A DNA stretch of 41,471 nt from Fibrobacteria bacterium (lineage in GTDB: Bacteria > Fibrobacterota > Fibrobacteria > UBA11236). Below are positions 39,159 to 41,471 of this stretch, piece by piece; position 1 is the stretch's first letter; each line of letters starts with the position of its first letter. The stretch spans positions 1 through 41,471 of the forward strand of contig JBGTHM010000001.1 of assembly GCA_041746255.1 (NCBI GenBank). The letters run 5' to 3'. Made by a program: the position numbers and the translations under genes. The notes under the pieces were generated by a model that ran no database searches, had not been told where the DNA came from, and worked only from the letters and a program-made list of their open reading frames with translations.

Positions 39159-40175
39159 CTAGGGGAATGACCCAGCCCGCAACAGCATTCGTCCATGCTT
39201 GAGGATAAAAGTCGCACCGACATCCTGCCAATCAAGCGAGGAATTCCTGCGGCCGTCAATTGAAAACACCTCCCCCTGATTTATCCGCTGAGAAAATTTA
39301 AAATCGGGCTTCCCTAGAACCGACATCGATGGGCCCGTCCAGGGCTCGTGCCGGATAAACTCTTCCGCATAAACCGCCATGTTATCGAAATAGGCATGCA
39401 CGGTAGCGTATTCCCCGCTTAAGGTTTTGGGCGCCCAGGAAGGTTCGCTGCCCCCATGAAATGTCGAAAAGTGGACCCGGGTTATTTCGCTCGCGGCGCC
39501 GTCAAGCATTCGGTACTGAATATTGTCTTTTCTCTGGATGAGTTCACCATCGGCGTAAATTCGGAAAGCGCCGTTGGATTCGGAAGCCGGTGAATTGACT
39601 TCGACATAATAACAGATTGTATGATACTTGCCGGATTGAAAGGCGAAAGGTTTAACCTGAACGCCCGCCTCGCCATACTGACCCGCCTGCTTTTGATGGT
39701 AGATATAGGGATCCAGCTTTCCGCCCGCCTTCCACATTCCGCGCGCGGACCATCCGTCCGGTTGGATGGCATTTCCTCCGGTTATGGATCTCGTTGGTCC
39801 GAGTCCATGGAGCTTACCCCCCTTCACGAATTGAAAGTCTTTCTCAAATTTAACGTCGAAACAGAGGGAGGCTTTTGTAAGGCTGTTCGGGAGATTACCG
39901 TATGAAACGATGCGCGCGCTTCCTTGGGATTCTCCGACATAGGTAGCCTTAAGCGCCTGCGAATTCCCCACTCCTTGATCCGTTGAGAGTGAGAGGTGCA
40001 TATGCTCAAGCAACCGGGTGCGGAAATCCTTGGATTCCTTGGAGTATTCCAAGGAATCATCAAAATTAATCCACAGGATGGGGGCGGGCGTAGTCGCGTT
40101 TATCAGAACAGGGGCAATTACGCAAAGGACGAATCCAATTACGGCTTTCGAAATCGCCTGGTGGGATAGGGTCAT
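39159..40175 (-). CDS. Secreted polysaccharide lyase, PL14-like jelly-roll fold
   Basis: Signal peptide, FDVKF..DFQFVKGGKLHGL, GWSAR.MW, YIYH and FSTFHGG..SWAP motifs. ATG 40175 follows GGAG and overlaps the upstream stop (ATGA). Confidence 0.8.
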   Translation of the reverse strand: MTLSHQAISKAVIGFVLCVIAPVLINATTPAPILWINFDDSLEYSKESKDFRTRLLEHMHLSLSTDQGVGNSQALKATYVGESQGSARIVSYGNLPNSLTKASLCFDVKFEKDFQFVKGGKLHGLGPTRSITGGNAIQPDGWSARGMWKAGGKLDPYIYHQKQAGQYGEAGVQVKPFAFQSGKYHTICYYVEVNSPASESNGAFRIYADGELIQRKDNIQYRMLDGAASEITRVHFSTFHGGSEPSWAPKTLSGEYATVHAYFDNMAVYAEEFIRHEPWTGPSMSVLGKPDFKFSQRINQGEVFSIDGRRNSSLDWQDVGATFILKHGRMLLRAGSFP

Positions 40176-40699
40176 GGATTCTCCCGTACCCGAATGTGAA
40201 AGTAATTTCCGAAGGAACTGATTTTCCTTCCATTGACAAGATGCCATGCGGGGTCATTAACCGGTATTTTTTCTGGAACTCCCATTTTTTCAGGTATGTT
40301 AATGAAAGAAGCCCCGATGACTTCAAAATAGCTAGAGTCGCCTAAATCCTTTTTGAAGTCGCTGGTAGAATCAAATTGAATTTTATAGAGCCCTATTTGA
40401 AAGTTTTCAAATTCAATTTTGGGGCCACTATACCCCATAAGCGTCGCGCAGTTCGGTCCTTGGATGGCTTTGATATTGATTAGGGTTGTCCGCTTTGAAC
40501 TGATAGGTGTGGGAAGAAGTTCATACGACACGTCGTAGCTGTAAAGGCATGCGTTGTATTCGAATGCCTCGAAAGTAACTCTTTGTCCGGAAGTAGCCAC
40601 CTTAGGAGTTAGGGTGTAATAGAAGTCCCCGATAGGGGGCTGGGGGAAAAGGCTAGAAGCCAAACCAAACATGGCCAGCATAATTAATCTTGGGTTCAT
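40172..40699 (-). CDS. Secreted hypothetical protein
   Basis: Signal peptide from ATG 40699 with GGAG RBS; beta-rich domain with a Cys pair; tail containing WHLVNGRKI. Confidence 0.65.
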   Translation of the reverse strand: MNPRLIMLAMFGLASSLFPQPPIGDFYYTLTPKVATSGQRVTFEAFEYNACLYSYDVSYELLPTPISSKRTTLINIKAIQGPNCATLMGYSGPKIEFENFQIGLYKIQFDSTSDFKKDLGDSSYFEVIGASFINIPEKMGVPEKIPVNDPAWHLVNGRKISSFGNYFHIRVRENP

Positions 40700-40941
40700 A
40701 TGGAGGCTCCCCCAAAAAACGATAAAACTCGAACTCGGCATTCCGCTCTCCAAAGAATAAAATACCCCATTCGGTCAATAGGTATAACCTATGCCGAAAA
40801 CTCGAAAAATGTTCGCAAATAATGAGGGTCGTTGAATCGAATTAGGCTTCCCAGCCTAGCCTACGTCCTGAATTTTTAATCGCCTGGCCACCGTAGATTA
40901 GAGTGTAACAAGCCAACAATTCGGTTTTTCACATTAATGAG

Positions 40942-41471
40942 TTACCGACTGAAGGGAAAAACGATTTGATTTCCGCGGACTTTTTCCGCCTTCAGTGTCG
41001 GCATTAAGCGCCCCTTTATGTCATAAGCAAAATCAAACTCCGGTAAAACATGCCTGGAATTTCCATTGCGGTATTTGAAATCGACGCTGGCCGAGAGATC
41101 ACCCTCCAATTTATAGTCGATCACCTCTACGGAAGAATAATTCGAACCGATTAAAAATACGGACAGTAGATTTTCGCCGGCCAAGAGGACCCTATCGAAA
41201 AGCGCGTCACCCGAAAAATCGCGGGGGTGCGAATAAACGACCTTCCAATCTTTGTAGCCTGCGGATTCCGTAGCCTTGGCGATTTTGAATCCAGCCAGCA
41301 GAATATAAGCGTTATGCTTGGCATCGAGTAGTATCTTGCTTCTTCCGCTTACACCCATTCCCGTATTGATGGTGTGCCAGGTTCCACTTTCATCCTGATA
41401 AAAATGGTGGATGGTGTTCCCCAGTCGATGGGCGAAATGAGGGCGATTTTTAAAATCAACGGTCATTCCCT
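40942..41471 (-). CDS. C-terminal part of a BNR_4-like beta-propeller protein; 5'-truncated by the window edge
   Basis: M.VD..NRPH, HHFY..G.W, R.KILLD...NAY, IAKAT....YKDW and LFDR pattern; tail with YDIKGR. The frame is open to the window end. Confidence 0.6.
   Translation of the reverse strand, partial: GMTVDFKNRPHFAHRLGNTIHHFYQDESGTWHTINTGMGVSGRSKILLDAKHNAYILLAGFKIAKATESAGYKDWKVVYSHPRDFSGDALFDRVLLAGENLLSVFLIGSNYSSVEVIDYKLEGDLSASVDFKYRNGNSRHVLPEFDFAYDIKGRLMPTLKAEKVRGNQIVFPFSR

Noticed and set aside
1..41471. CRISPR arrays, rRNA/tRNA genes, transposases, integrases or phage genes
   Set aside because: I saw no repeat-spacer arrays, RNA gene signatures or recombinase/transposase motifs by eye. 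A covariance-model scan could still find small RNAs.

Overview
A gene-dense bacterial window. The lipoproteins, the DUF2723 gene and the DxxGR-type C-terminal tails suggest the FCB group, possibly an environmental Fibrobacterota; this is inference. In order it holds: a partial DUF2723/TMEM260-like glycosyltransferase and uppP; a ~10 kb minus-strand import locus (ttpB/DUF3450, ttpC, exbB, exbD, tonB, TPR protein, TonB-dependent receptor, ElpS-like surface lipoprotein); photolyase and dinD; a housekeeping run (proB, proA, hisI, tilS, ftsH, folP, PhyH-family dioxygenase); a HAMP-HisKA protein with no ATPase domain; a probable beta-barrel; lysA, asd and gcvP; an AT-rich patch of small orphan genes beside an allophanate hydrolase remnant; a ~950-aa lipoprotein in which three CxxCH cytochrome c domains alternate with seven Ig-like domains; DUF1801 and DUF2867 genes; and three secreted proteins (PL14-like lyase, hypothetical, partial BNR_4-like) with similar C-terminal tails. 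The two most notable observations are the Ig/cytochrome c lipoprotein and an 11-bp-periodic (G/A)TT(T/G)CAA box found at three intergenic sites of the TonB locus. I found no rRNA, tRNA, CRISPR array or transposase. Family calls come from remembered motifs, not database searches.
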